Assembly (NCBI GenBank): GCA_964631085.1
Contig: CAZVWA010000001.1
Span: forward strand, 2,482-66,481
Length of the DNA: 64,000 nucleotides
Origin: an uncultured Rubrivirga sp.
GTDB lineage: Bacteria; Actinomycetota; Actinomycetes; S36-B12
Reading direction: 5' to 3'
Of the stretch, positions 1 to 10,463 are shown piece by piece. The notes beneath the pieces are model-generated. The model did no database searches, was not told where the DNA came from, and saw nothing but the letters and a program-made list of their open reading frames with translations. How positions within the stretch are numbered: position 1 is the first letter of the stretch; each line of letters begins with the position of its first letter. The position numbers and the translations under genes are program-made.

Positions 1-1
1 G

Positions 2-1288
2 CGGCGTATCTACCCTGCGGGAGACCTGGCATCGCACATCGTGGGGTTCGTTCAAGGCAATGGCTCAGGCGGCGGAGGAGTGGAGTCAGCGTTCAACGAC
101 GTTCTCACCGGTACGCCGGGGGAGCAGACGTACGAGCGGGGGCCCGGTGGGCGGGTGATTCCGACCCAGAACCAGTCTTCGGTGGATGCGATAGCCGGCG
201 CTGACGTTCAGTTGACCATTGACCGAGATATTCAGTTCGTTGCCCAAGAATCCATCCAGGGTGTCGTGCAGCGTTCGGGAGCCTCGAGCGCCACTGCGGT
301 CGTCATGGATGTCCGAACAGGCGAGGTCTTGGCCATGGCTACGGCCCCGGATTACGACCCGAATCGATACACCCAGTCGTTGCCCGAGGAACGACGCAAT
401 CGCGCGATTACCGACATCTTCGAACCGGGATCGACCGGCAAGGTGATCACCGCTGCTGCAGCGATCAACGAGGGCGCGGTAACGCCACTGACACCGATCA
501 AGGTCCCGGGCAAGTTGGAGCGGTCGGGAAAGAAGTTCAATGACTACTGGGAGCACGGCACCCTTCGTCTGACGTTGACAGGAGCGTTCGCCAAATCGAG
601 CAATATTGGAATGATCCTTGCGGCCGAGCAGATGCCAAAGAAGCAACTTGCTCGATACATGGAGAAGTTCGGGATTAACGATCGCACTGATCTGGGTTTG
701 CCCGGTGAATCAGCTGGCTTGATGCTTCAACCGGAGAAGTGGTCGGGTACCTCGTTCCCCACCATGGCCTTCGGCCAGGGCTATTCGGTAACGGCAGTCC
801 AGATGACAGATGTCTTCGCAACCATTGCTAATGGTGGAGTTCGAGTGAAGCCGTCCATCATCGAATCGATCGTCGAACCCGACGGAACCGTGGTGGAAAC
901 GCCGGATGCCGAACGCGATCGGGTGGTGCGCGAGGACACCGCTCGGCAGGTTCTCGCCATGATGGAGGCGGTGACGGGCGAAGGTGGTACCGCGCCGCAA
1001 GCCCGAATTCCCGGATACCGCGTTGCCGGAAAGACGGGCACCGCCCAGTTCGTCGATCCCGATTGTCGGTGTTACGCCGGTGACGTCACTGCGTCATTCA
1101 TCGGCGTTGCTCCGGCGGATGCGCCACGATTGGCCGTCGGTGTATTCGTGCACCAGCCCAAGCGGGGGCGTGGCGGTGGCGAGTTGGCTGCCCCGGTTTT
1201 CAAGGAGATCACCACTTATGCTCTACAGGCAATGCAGATTCCCCCGTCGGGCAAGCGAGCGCCTCAACTAACCCTGACCACCGGATAG
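2..1288 (+). CDS. ftsI: Class B penicillin-binding protein / septal peptidoglycan transpeptidase FtsI (5' end cut by window edge)
   Basis: The frame is open from base 2 (RRIYPAGDLASHIVGF precedes the ORF-track Met at 41). Transpeptidase motifs STGK (SxxK), SSN (SxN) and KTGT are present. It lies directly upstream of murE, as in dcw clusters. Confidence 0.9.
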   Translation, partial: RRIYPAGDLASHIVGFVQGNGSGGGGVESAFNDVLTGTPGEQTYERGPGGRVIPTQNQSSVDAIAGADVQLTIDRDIQFVAQESIQGVVQRSGASSATAVVMDVRTGEVLAMATAPDYDPNRYTQSLPEERRNRAITDIFEPGSTGKVITAAAAINEGAVTPLTPIKVPGKLERSGKKFNDYWEHGTLRLTLTGAFAKSSNIGMILAAEQMPKKQLARYMEKFGINDRTDLGLPGESAGLMLQPEKWSGTSFPTMAFGQGYSVTAVQMTDVFATIANGGVRVKPSIIESIVEPDGTVVETPDAERDRVVREDTARQVLAMMEAVTGEGGTAPQARIPGYRVAGKTGTAQFVDPDCRCYAGDVTASFIGVAPADAPRLAVGVFVHQPKRGRGGGELAAPVFKEITTYALQAMQIPPSGKRAPQLTLTTG

Positions 1289-1291
1289 TCC

Positions 1292-2818
1292 GTGCGGCTC
1301 TCGGAGGTTCTTCAGGACGCCCGTAGCGGTGCCGTTACACCCTCGCTGGACTTGCCCGGAGATTTCCAGGACGGCGTCGGAAATCTGGACATCAAGGGAA
1401 TCGCGATTTCGTCCGACAAAGTTCAGCCGGGCTTCATCTTCGCTGCGCTACCGGGGCATCACACCCACGGAGCCCACTACGTCCCTGATGCAGTGGATCG
1501 TGGCGCAGTAGCCGTGATCACCGACGAACGTGGAAAGCGGATCATCGGGAAGCAAGGCGAGGTGGGTGTCCCGGTGATGGAAGTCGGTGATCCGCGCCGG
1601 CTTGCGGCGACGATCGCCGCCGCTGTGGCTGGGTTCCCTGCCCACTCCCTCACCATGGTGGGGGTCACCGGCACGAACGGTAAGACCAGCGTGTCCTACC
1701 TCGTGTCGATGGCACTCCAGGCGCACGGAATCGCCTGTGGAGTCCTGGGGACTCTCGGAGCTCGCATCGGGGATCGAAGCCTTGACTCAGGGCCTCGGAC
1801 GACTCCGGAGGCAACGGATATCCATCCGATCCTGAAGTCGATGCACGACGACGGTGCCCGCGCGGTAGTCATGGAAGTCTCGAGCATCGCTCTGTGCGAG
1901 AACCGAGTGGACGGCATCACCTTTGACCTTGCGGTTTTCACCGGCCTCAGTCATGACCACTTGGACTACCACGAAGATATGGAGACGTACTTCGCCGCGA
2001 AATCCGAACTTTTCACGCCGGAACGGGCACGGCAGGCGGTCATCCTTGTTGACGATGAATGGGGAGCACGACTCGCGTCGGCGGCGACGATCCCGGTCGT
2101 GACGGTGAGCACCCGCGGACGCGATGCTGACTGGCAGGTGTTGGCAGCGCGTGACGGGTTGAGGCTGCTGGGCGCGGATGGTGAGTTCAATCTTGATATC
2201 CCCGTTGCTGCGGATTTTGTGCTCGCCAACATCGCAGTTTCCGTCGTCTCGGCTCACATCCTCGGTAGTGCGCTTGAGACAGCAATCGGGGCCGTGTCGC
2301 GGGCGCGGGTGCCGGGACGTATGGAGTTGGTCGCCCGTGCGGGTGGAATCGACTTCATCGTTGACTACGCACACTCTCCGGATGCGATCGATCAGGTAGT
2401 AGCGGCCGCTCGAAGCGAACGGCAGGCGCGTGGAGGTGGACGGGTAATCGTCGTTATCGGTGCGGGAGGGGACCGAGACCGGCTCAAGCGTTTGGAGATG
2501 GGGCTGGCGGCTAGCCGCGCCGATGTAGCGATTGTGACGGATGACAATCCTCGCTCGGAGGACCCAGCAGAGATTCGGTCTCAAGTCCTCTCGGGATTCG
2601 ACTCAGGCGCGAACGTCCACGAGGTCGCATCACGGCATGAGGCGATAGGGCGTGCGGTGAGCGAGGCCCGTGAGGGCGATGTCGTCCTCGTACTCGGCAA
2701 GGGTCACGAAACGACACAAGAGGGCCCCCACGGCGTGATTGCCTTCGATGACCGCGTTGTCCTGGCATCCTTCGTGGACAGCCGTTTCAACGGGGAGTCA
2801 GGGGAGGGTGTCACGTGA
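1292..2818 (+). CDS. murE: UDP-N-acetylmuramoyl-L-alanyl-D-glutamate--2,6-diaminopimelate ligase
   Basis: Mur-ligase P-loop GVTGTNGKTS. DNPR motif (VTDDNPRSEDP) typical of meso-DAP-adding MurE. GTG start 3 nt after the ftsI stop. Confidence 0.93.
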   Translation: MRLSEVLQDARSGAVTPSLDLPGDFQDGVGNLDIKGIAISSDKVQPGFIFAALPGHHTHGAHYVPDAVDRGAVAVITDERGKRIIGKQGEVGVPVMEVGDPRRLAATIAAAVAGFPAHSLTMVGVTGTNGKTSVSYLVSMALQAHGIACGVLGTLGARIGDRSLDSGPRTTPEATDIHPILKSMHDDGARAVVMEVSSIALCENRVDGITFDLAVFTGLSHDHLDYHEDMETYFAAKSELFTPERARQAVILVDDEWGARLASAATIPVVTVSTRGRDADWQVLAARDGLRLLGADGEFNLDIPVAADFVLANIAVSVVSAHILGSALETAIGAVSRARVPGRMELVARAGGIDFIVDYAHSPDAIDQVVAAARSERQARGGGRVIVVIGAGGDRDRLKRLEMGLAASRADVAIVTDDNPRSEDPAEIRSQVLSGFDSGANVHEVASRHEAIGRAVSEAREGDVVLVLGKGHETTQEGPHGVIAFDDRVVLASFVDSRFNGESGEGVT

Positions 2819-4242
2819 AGGCGCTCCCCCTCGCGCAGGTTGCAAAGGCTGCAGGCGCTACTGCTAATCAGGTACTGCTCGACTCAGGAATGCAGGTCGA
2901 CGTCTCGGGTGTATCGGTGGACTCCCGCTCCGTGCAAGTCGGCGACCTTTTCGTAGCCGTGGTGGGTGAGCGGGTCGATGGACATGAATTTGCCCAAGCC
3001 GCGATCGAGTCCGGTGCTGTCGCAGTCCTCGCGAGTAAAGACATCGAGGGCGTTCGGTGTCTGGTAACCGATGATCCGGTTGAAGCCCTGGGACGCCTAG
3101 CTCACTGGTACCGGCACGATCAGTTGAGAGCGACCGTCATCGGAGTGACGGGATCGTCTGGAAAAACAACCACGAAAGACCTCGTCGCTGATGTCCTGCC
3201 CGGTGAAGTCGTCGCCGCGCGAGGATCGTTCAATACTGAAGTTGGAGTGCCACTCACGATTCTCGAAGCAGATCCATCGACCGAGTACCTCGTGTTGGAA
3301 ATGGGTATGCGTGGGCTGGGTCATATCCGTTACTTATGCGAGATTGCTGAGCCCGACATCGGAGTCGTACTCAACGTAGGCCTCGCGCACGTTGGCATGT
3401 TGGACGGTCCGGAATCCATCGCACAGGCCAAGAGTGAGCTTGTTCGCGCTCTGCCTGTGGATGCGGTCGCCATTCTCAACGTCGATGATCCGGCTGTGCG
3501 ACGCATGCAGGACTCAATCGATGCTCGGGTTGTGTGGTTCGGTGAGAGTGACGCCGCGCATGTGCGTGCCGCCGATGTTCGAATCGATGAATTCGGGCAA
3601 CCAGCGTTCGAGCTGTGTATCGAGGCGAACACGGGAACCGCGGGAAACGGCTGCGCACCCGTGAAACTGCATTTTCATGGTGAACATTTCGTGTACGCCG
3701 CCCTCGCGGCTGCTGCCGTCGGCTCCGCCTGCGGCATGGCGGTTGGCGATATTGCCGCCCGCTTGGAGCAGTCGAGGCCACGGAGTCGCTGGCGCATGGA
3801 TGTGCAAACCACGGCTGGGGGAATCACGGTCATTAATGACGCCTACAACGCGAATCCGGATTCCATGCGGGCTGCGTTGAAGACGCTGCGCGCGATGGGC
3901 GGATCTGGTCGCACGTGGGCAGTACTCGGCGAGATGCGCGAATTGGGGAACATGGCACGAGATGAACACGATGCGATAGGCCGGCTTGCCGTTCGCCTAG
4001 ACATCTCCCGGCTGGTGTGCGTGGGTCCGGGTACCAAAGTCATGCATTTGGCCGCCAGCAATGAGGGCTCCTGGGCCGACGAATCAGCGTGGGTTCCCGA
4101 TCCTGAGGCTGCCATCGAACTCTTGGAACGAGAAGTCACGGCGGGGGATACGGTCCTTGTTAAAGCTTCGCGGGCCGTGGGTCTGGAAATGGTTTCCGAC
4201 CGTCTGCTGGCGGGTGGCGCAGTCGAGGCGGGTGATCACTGA
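2815..4242 (+). CDS. murF: UDP-N-acetylmuramoyl-tripeptide--D-alanyl-D-alanine ligase
   Basis: P-loop GVTGSSGKTTTKD and Mur-ligase C-terminal domain. GTGA start/stop overlap with murE. Canonical dcw position. Confidence 0.92.
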   Translation: MKALPLAQVAKAAGATANQVLLDSGMQVDVSGVSVDSRSVQVGDLFVAVVGERVDGHEFAQAAIESGAVAVLASKDIEGVRCLVTDDPVEALGRLAHWYRHDQLRATVIGVTGSSGKTTTKDLVADVLPGEVVAARGSFNTEVGVPLTILEADPSTEYLVLEMGMRGLGHIRYLCEIAEPDIGVVLNVGLAHVGMLDGPESIAQAKSELVRALPVDAVAILNVDDPAVRRMQDSIDARVVWFGESDAAHVRAADVRIDEFGQPAFELCIEANTGTAGNGCAPVKLHFHGEHFVYAALAAAAVGSACGMAVGDIAARLEQSRPRSRWRMDVQTTAGGITVINDAYNANPDSMRAALKTLRAMGGSGRTWAVLGEMRELGNMARDEHDAIGRLAVRLDISRLVCVGPGTKVMHLAASNEGSWADESAWVPDPEAAIELLEREVTAGDTVLVKASRAVGLEMVSDRLLAGGAVEAGDH

Positions 4243-5309
4243 TGAGGCTTGTGGTCATCGCCTTGGCGATAGCGTCGATCGTTTCCCTTGTCGGCACACC
4301 CATCTTGATCAAACTGCTGCAACGTCGCGGACACGCTCAAGCGATCCGGGTAAGCACTGAGAACGAGGCTTACCCGGACCATGAGTCCAAGAAGGGCACA
4401 CCGTCGATGGGTGGTGTCGCCATCTTGGTCGCGGTTCTCGCCGGATATTTCGGCACCCACATACTCACGTGGAGACCTGTGACCGTCTCCGGGCTGCTCG
4501 TGCTCTTCCTCATGGTGGGGCTCGGACTCGTCGGCCTTGCGGACGACTATCTCAAGATCTTCAAGCAACGCAGCACCGGACTTCGGGCGCGCACGAAACT
4601 GATCGGCCAGGCACTAGTTGCCTTCGCCTTTGCCTATCTGTCGGTTCAATTCCCGGACGCGGACGGTCAAACAGCGGCGTCGATGGCGGTGTCCTTCGTG
4701 CGCGACACTTCCTTGGTCTTGCCCCTGGGACTGTTCTTGATCTGGGTGTGGTTCCTCATCACCGCTACCACTAATGGAGTGAACCTGACGGATGGTCTCG
4801 ACGGCCTCGCGGTGGGCGCGTCTGTCATGAGTTTCCTGGCGTACGTACTACTCGCCATCTGGCAATATGGGCAAAATTGCGCGTTCGCTGCCACTGAGTT
4901 CTGTTACAACACACAGAACCCACTCGATCTCGGAATCGTTGCGGCGTCGGCCGCAGGCGCATGTTTCGGTTTCCTGTGGTGGAACACCGCTCCTGCCCGC
5001 ATTTTCATGGGTGATACCGGCTCCCTCGCGCTGGGCGGAGGCATAGCGGGCCTTGCGATCTTGAGCCGAACGGAATTGCTGCTGCCGTTCATTGCTGGCC
5101 TCTTCCTGATCACCACGGTCTCGGTGATCTTGCAGGTTGGATCCTTCAAGCTGACCGGTCGACGCGTGTTCCGAATGGCGCCTTTGCATCACCATTTCGA
5201 GATGATCGGGTGGCCTGAGATCCAAATCGTCGTCCGCTTGTGGATCATCCAAGGTCTCTGCATTGGAGCCGGCCTCACGTTGTTCTATGCCGAATGGGTC
5301 CGTGCATGA
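4242..5309 (+). CDS. mraY: Phospho-N-acetylmuramoyl-pentapeptide transferase
   Basis: Polytopic membrane protein with NGVNLTDGLDGLA, FMGDTGSLALGG and APLHHHFE motifs. Its ATG shares one base with the murF TGA. Confidence 0.95.
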   Translation: MRLVVIALAIASIVSLVGTPILIKLLQRRGHAQAIRVSTENEAYPDHESKKGTPSMGGVAILVAVLAGYFGTHILTWRPVTVSGLLVLFLMVGLGLVGLADDYLKIFKQRSTGLRARTKLIGQALVAFAFAYLSVQFPDADGQTAASMAVSFVRDTSLVLPLGLFLIWVWFLITATTNGVNLTDGLDGLAVGASVMSFLAYVLLAIWQYGQNCAFAATEFCYNTQNPLDLGIVAASAAGACFGFLWWNTAPARIFMGDTGSLALGGGIAGLAILSRTELLLPFIAGLFLITTVSVILQVGSFKLTGRRVFRMAPLHHHFEMIGWPEIQIVVRLWIIQGLCIGAGLTLFYAEWVRA

Positions 5310-6745
5310 GTAGAGGCGATGTGGCATCGCTATCTCGTGCGGCTGACTGGACGCACCTGTCTGTCAGCGTCGTGGGGCTCGGCGTTGCCGGATACTCCTG
5401 CGCCGACGTCCTTATGCAACTGGGAGCCGATGTCACGATCATCGACCAGACTCCCGGAGATGCACAGTCCGAGCGTGCGGAAGTCCTCGGCTCGCTCGGT
5501 GCTGCGATCCGCTTCGGATCCGATGCGCAGGTTCCGCTGGATAGCGACCTAGTAGTCGTCTCGCCCGGTGTGCCACCACGTTCATCCGTTCTCGTTCCAG
5601 CAACTGCGGCTCGTATTCCCATCTGGGGGGAGTTCGAGTTAGCGTGGCGGTTACGACGCGGCTCCGGTGATGCACCCTGGCTGTGTGTAACGGGAACCAA
5701 TGGAAAGACCACTGCCACGCTGATGCTCGAATCAATGCTTCGGGCATCGGGTGCGACTGCCGTTGCTGCCGGCAATATCGGAAACCCTCTCGTAGATGTT
5801 GTGATGCATGACGACGTAGACGTCATCGCGCTCGAGGTCGGTGCACCGCAACTGCCCTTCGTCTATTCGATGAGCCCGTGGGCGGCGGTTTGCTTAAACA
5901 TCGCGCACGACCACATCGACCACTTCGGTTCCTTTGACGAGTACGTGCGGATCAAGGAGCGCGTATACCGAAACACCCAGGTGGCGGCCGTCTACTCGGT
6001 TTCCGAACCCGAAACGCGAGCCATGGTGGAGCGAGCCGACGTTATTGACGGGTGTCGCGCGATCGGCGTAACGCTAGGAGTCCCGGATGTTGGCATGGTC
6101 GGGGTCGTCGATGACTTGCTGGTCGACAGAGCCTTCGTCGCGGACCGCGAACGCGCTGCCCAGGAATTAGCAAGCGTCCATGATGTTCAACCGAACGCGC
6201 CACACAACGTCAGTAACGCCTTGGCCGCGGCTGCGCTTGCGCGGTCGTACGGCGTCGAAGCGAGCGCCGTCGGAGACGGACTTCGTGACTTCGCACCGGC
6301 GCCTCACCGGATCGCTACTGTTGGCGAATTCTCCGGAGTGACATTCGTAGACGACTCGAAGGCCACCAATGCCCATGCCGCCGAAACGTCGCTGAAGGCG
6401 TTCGAATCTGTCGTGTGGATCGCCGGAGGTCTGGCCAAGGGTCAGGAATTCGATGATCTCGTCCGCAATGTTCGAAACCGCCTCCGTGGCGTTGTCCTCT
6501 TGGGGGCGGACGCTGGTGTGATCCTGGATGCCCTGGGCCGACACGCACCCGATATTCCGGTATTAGTCGTGGAGCGCACCGACACTAGTGCGATGGCCGA
6601 GGTCGTCGATGCAGCCTGTCGCATGGCGAACACCGGAGACGTGGTACTTCTGGCGCCCGGGTGCGCCTCGTGGGACATGTATCGGGACTACACCGAACGA
6701 GGGCGAGCTTTTGTCGAAGCCGTAAACGGGCGGGAGTTCGGATAA
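5306..6745 (+). CDS. murD: UDP-N-acetylmuramoylalanine--D-glutamate ligase
   Basis: N-terminal Rossmann-like segment (VVGLGVAGYS) and P-loop VTGTNGKTTAT. I chose the ATG at 5306 (ATGA overlap with the mraY stop) over the ORF-track start at 5240. Confidence 0.9.
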   Translation: MSRGDVASLSRAADWTHLSVSVVGLGVAGYSCADVLMQLGADVTIIDQTPGDAQSERAEVLGSLGAAIRFGSDAQVPLDSDLVVVSPGVPPRSSVLVPATAARIPIWGEFELAWRLRRGSGDAPWLCVTGTNGKTTATLMLESMLRASGATAVAAGNIGNPLVDVVMHDDVDVIALEVGAPQLPFVYSMSPWAAVCLNIAHDHIDHFGSFDEYVRIKERVYRNTQVAAVYSVSEPETRAMVERADVIDGCRAIGVTLGVPDVGMVGVVDDLLVDRAFVADRERAAQELASVHDVQPNAPHNVSNALAAAALARSYGVEASAVGDGLRDFAPAPHRIATVGEFSGVTFVDDSKATNAHAAETSLKAFESVVWIAGGLAKGQEFDDLVRNVRNRLRGVVLLGADAGVILDALGRHAPDIPVLVVERTDTSAMAEVVDAACRMANTGDVVLLAPGCASWDMYRDYTERGRAFVEAVNGREFG

Positions 6746-7974
6746 TGACGAACCAGGTGCCCGACGTATCTGAGTCCGATCTCGGCGGTCCACGACGAAT
6801 CTCTAGTGGTTCCCCGCTCGGATTGCTTGCTCGCCATCCACTGAGCGCCTACTACCTGCTCATGGGATCGGCACTCCTGCTCCTACTTCTGGGCTTGATC
6901 ATGGTCATGTCGGCCTCGAGCATCGAAAGTGTTCGAGTTTTCGGTTCTCCGTACACCCTCGCCCAGCGACAAGGCTTCTTTGCATTGCTCGGCGTGATCG
7001 CCATGTTCTTCGCAGCCCGCACGTCGGTTCAATTCTGGCGAGCGTTCGCATGGCCGCTTCTCCTGGCAGCGTTCGGTTTCTTGATAGCTGTTCTTGTCAT
7101 CGGTGTCGAGGTGGCGGGACAACGGAATTGGATCGAGATTTTCGGACCCTTTCGATTCCAGCCGAGCGAAATCGCAAAACTCGCCCTGGTGGTGTGGGGT
7201 GCCGAAGTCCTGTCACGTCGATCTCGGCGCCTGGACACCTGGCGAGGCCTGCTGATCCCGATTTTGCCGGTAGCGGCAGTGATGATGGCGTTGGTGCTGG
7301 CCGAGGGTGATTTCGGCAACACGGTGATGCTCGGAGCGATCCTGACGGGGATCCTCTTCGCCGCGGGTGCCCCGTTGCGGATCTTCGCCGGATTCGCCGC
7401 AATAGGCGCAGTTGGCGTCTGGGTCCTCTCCCTAGCAGCGCCGTATCGAATGGATCGCATCCTGTCGTGGCTGGACCCGGGCTCGGATCGCCTCGGCTTC
7501 GGTTGGCAGGTCACGCAGGGGCAGTACGCACTTGGTACCGGGGGCTTTTGGGGCGTGGGACTGGGAGCCAGTCGCGAGAAGTGGGGGACGTTGCCCGAGG
7601 CACATACCGACTTCATCTATCCGGTGATCGGCGAGGAACTCGGCCTCCTGGGAACCTTGACCGTACTGGCGTTGTTCTCGCTGTTGGCCTTCGCGATCTT
7701 CCGGTTGAGCCGAAACACCAATGATCCCTTTGTGAGGTACGCAGCCGCAGGTGTCGGATCGTGGATCGTAGTTCAGGCCGTTGTGAACATCGGTGGCGTC
7801 CTGGGACTTCTTCCCGTTGCGGGTGTGACGCTTCCATTGGTGTCCTACGGCGGCTCTTCACTGATTCCCACATTGACGGCAATCGGAATGCTGATGGCTT
7901 TCGCCCGACAGGAACCTGAGGCTCGCCGGGCACTTCGCCGGCGCAGCACCGCCCAGGCCCTGCGGCGCCGATAG
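6745..7974 (+). CDS. ftsW: SEDS-family cell-division peptidoglycan polymerase FtsW
   Basis: Polytopic membrane protein with GGFWGVGLGAS, PEAHTDFIY and LPLVSYGGSS motifs. The ATG at 6745 shares one base with the murD TAA. The ORF-track extension to 6661 was rejected. Confidence 0.9.
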   Translation: MTNQVPDVSESDLGGPRRISSGSPLGLLARHPLSAYYLLMGSALLLLLLGLIMVMSASSIESVRVFGSPYTLAQRQGFFALLGVIAMFFAARTSVQFWRAFAWPLLLAAFGFLIAVLVIGVEVAGQRNWIEIFGPFRFQPSEIAKLALVVWGAEVLSRRSRRLDTWRGLLIPILPVAAVMMALVLAEGDFGNTVMLGAILTGILFAAGAPLRIFAGFAAIGAVGVWVLSLAAPYRMDRILSWLDPGSDRLGFGWQVTQGQYALGTGGFWGVGLGASREKWGTLPEAHTDFIYPVIGEELGLLGTLTVLALFSLLAFAIFRLSRNTNDPFVRYAAAGVGSWIVVQAVVNIGGVLGLLPVAGVTLPLVSYGGSSLIPTLTAIGMLMAFARQEPEARRALRRRSTAQALRRR

Positions 7975-7986
7975 CGGACGCTTCCC

Positions 7987-9063
7987 ATGCATGTCGTATT
8001 CGCGGCAGGTGGCACGGCCGGACACCTCGAACCGGCTCTCACCACGGCAGACGCCCTCATCGATCGTGACCCATCCACCCAGATCTCGTTTGTGGGCGGG
8101 AGTCGAGGACTTGAGTATGACCTCGTTACATCTCGAGGTTTTCCCTTGGTCCAAACCAAGGCTCAGCCGCTCCCACGCGCGTTGGGCACAGCCGCGCTGG
8201 CCTTTCCTTTCCTGACCCTTGACGGTGCTCGCGAGGCTCGGTCGCATATTCGTTCGGTTCGGGCCGATGTGGTGGTCGGCTTCGGCGGATATGCCGCCAT
8301 ACCGGGGTACCTCGCGGCGTGGGCAACGCGCACTCCGTTGATCATCCACGAAGCGAACTCTCGAGCTGGCTTTGCCAACATCCTCGGTGCGAAATTGACT
8401 CACCATGTGGCGACCGTCCATCCCAACGCGCTTGCCAACGCTCGTCCCATGGCGTTGCCCGTTCGCGCATCAATCGCGAATCTCGATCGTCCGGCCGCGC
8501 GAGACGCGGCACGCGAGCACTGGGGCCTGCCGGCAACGGGTCCTGTACTCCTCGTCTTCGGTGGAAGTCAGGGCGCTCGGCGTTTAAACGATGTCGTGGC
8601 CGCTAGCTTGGATGGACTGATCGACCAAGGTGTCACGATCGTGCACGTCGTCGGCAAGAACAACATCCTGCCTCCTGCTCGTCCCGGCTATCACCCGGTT
8701 GCCTACGTGGACCGCATGGATCTTGTCTATGCCGCGGCAGATCTCGCAGTGTGTCGCTCGGGCGCCATGACCTGTGCCGAACTGACGGCGGTCGGTCTGC
8801 CAGCCGTCTACGTGCCTTTGCCGGTCGGTAATGGTGAACAGGCGGGTAACTCTCGACCCATCGTCGATGCAGGAGGCGGACTGCAGCGCGCGGATAGCGA
8901 ATTAACTGCGGAGTGGCTCACGAGCACGGTGTCGTCGTTGGTCCATGATGAGGAGAAGCTTGAGAATATGTCGCGGTCTGCTTCAACTTTGGGCGACAGA
9001 CACGCGGATCGTGACCTCGCTGAGTGGATCGAGCAAGTCGCGCAGCGGCGATGGAAAGGGTGA
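7987..9063 (+). CDS. murG: Lipid II synthase: UDP-GlcNAc--MurNAc-(pentapeptide)-PP-undecaprenol GlcNAc transferase
   Basis: N-terminal GGTAGHLEPAL motif and C-terminal VFGGSQGA. Position between ftsW and murC. Confidence 0.93.
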   Translation: MHVVFAAGGTAGHLEPALTTADALIDRDPSTQISFVGGSRGLEYDLVTSRGFPLVQTKAQPLPRALGTAALAFPFLTLDGAREARSHIRSVRADVVVGFGGYAAIPGYLAAWATRTPLIIHEANSRAGFANILGAKLTHHVATVHPNALANARPMALPVRASIANLDRPAARDAAREHWGLPATGPVLLVFGGSQGARRLNDVVAASLDGLIDQGVTIVHVVGKNNILPPARPGYHPVAYVDRMDLVYAAADLAVCRSGAMTCAELTAVGLPAVYVPLPVGNGEQAGNSRPIVDAGGGLQRADSELTAEWLTSTVSSLVHDEEKLENMSRSASTLGDRHADRDLAEWIEQVAQRRWKG

Positions 9064-10463
9064 TGATGGACCCTGCGGACCTGTCCACCCTGGGTCGCGT
9101 CCACATCGTGGGAATCGGCGGCGCTGGCATGTCGGGAATCGCTCGTATCCTCGCCGCCCGCGGAGTACGCGTTTCCGGCAGTGACGCCAAGGAATCCAGG
9201 CGCCTTCAGGCGCTACGGGCCATTGGAATCGATGCGGTCGTCGGTCATCGGGAGTCGTGTGACGCGGACACCTTGGTCTACTCGACGGCGATTCCCGAGT
9301 CCAACCCAGAACGCCTCTACGCGCGATCTCATGCCATGCCCGAGTTGTCGCGAGCCGAAGCGCTGGCAGCCGTAATGGCGGGGTCGCAGGGTGTGGCGGT
9401 GTCTGGAACGCACGGCAAGACCACCACGACATCAATGCTCACCGTCACCTTGCAGGCATGCGGCGCGGACCCCTCATTCGTGATCGGAAGTGAGCTCAAC
9501 GAATCCGGCTCCAACGCACATTTAGGGACCGGTGATGTCTTTGTCGTCGAGGCGGACGAGAGCGATGGATCGTTCCTGGCCCTTCCGGCAACCGTCGGGA
9601 TCGTCACGAATATCGAGCCTGACCACCTGAACCACTGGGGAGATTTCGCAGCCCTGGAGTCGGCCTTTGACGAGTTCGGCCGACAGGTTGCTGCGGGAGG
9701 TGGATTCGTCGTCATATGCGCTGACGATCCCGGTGCTCGAGTCATGGCCGAGCGATTGACCGCCGAGGGTTTAGACGTTCGAACGTATGGGGAGGCCGAG
9801 GACGCGACGGTGCGCATGATCGACCCCGTTCGCGGAGAGTCCGGCTGGTCCTTCACGGTCAGTCGAGACGGGGTCCGGTTAGGGGAGATATCCCTGCAGG
9901 TGCCGGGTCGGCATAACGCACTCAACTCTCTCGCCGCCTACGTAGCAGCAACGGGATTGGGTTTCTCCGATGCCGATGTGCGGCGCGGGCTTGGTTTGTT
10001 CTCCGGGACCCGCCGTCGATTCGATTTCAAGGGCGAGGTGGCGGGAGTTCGGGTTTATGACGACTACGCACACCATCCGACGGAAATTGCCGCGACTCTC
10101 AAGGCTGCTCGGGAAGTTCTGGGCAATGAAGGCCGGCTGATAGTTGCTTTCCAGGCCCACCACTACTACCGCACGGCGATGTTCGTTCGGGAATTCGGTG
10201 AGGCTCTCGGGATTGCGGACGTCGCAGTCGTCCTGGAGGTATTTGCGCCGGGGGAGGAGCCGATCCCGGGCGCGAGTGGCCAGACACTGGCGGCAAGCGT
10301 GCCGTTGCCTGAGGGTGATGCGATCTTCGAGCCGTCGTGGACTTCGGTGGCGGGAATCCTGGCGGATCGAGCCGGTGCTGGCGACATCGTTATGACCCTG
10401 GGGGCCGGTGACATCGGCATGCTGGGAACCGAGGTGCTGGACATCCTGCGGAGCCGGGCGTGA
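9063..10463 (+). CDS. murC: UDP-N-acetylmuramate--L-alanine ligase
   Basis: HIVGIGGAGMSGIA and SGTHGKTTTTSM motifs. The ATG at 9063 overlaps the murG TGA and GGAAAGGG lies just upstream. GTG 9060 is an alternative start. The ORF-track start at 9024 was rejected. Confidence 0.92.
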   Translation: MMDPADLSTLGRVHIVGIGGAGMSGIARILAARGVRVSGSDAKESRRLQALRAIGIDAVVGHRESCDADTLVYSTAIPESNPERLYARSHAMPELSRAEALAAVMAGSQGVAVSGTHGKTTTTSMLTVTLQACGADPSFVIGSELNESGSNAHLGTGDVFVVEADESDGSFLALPATVGIVTNIEPDHLNHWGDFAALESAFDEFGRQVAAGGGFVVICADDPGARVMAERLTAEGLDVRTYGEAEDATVRMIDPVRGESGWSFTVSRDGVRLGEISLQVPGRHNALNSLAAYVAATGLGFSDADVRRGLGLFSGTRRRFDFKGEVAGVRVYDDYAHHPTEIAATLKAAREVLGNEGRLIVAFQAHHYYRTAMFVREFGEALGIADVAVVLEVFAPGEEPIPGASGQTLAASVPLPEGDAIFEPSWTSVAGILADRAGAGDIVMTLGAGDIGMLGTEVLDILRSRA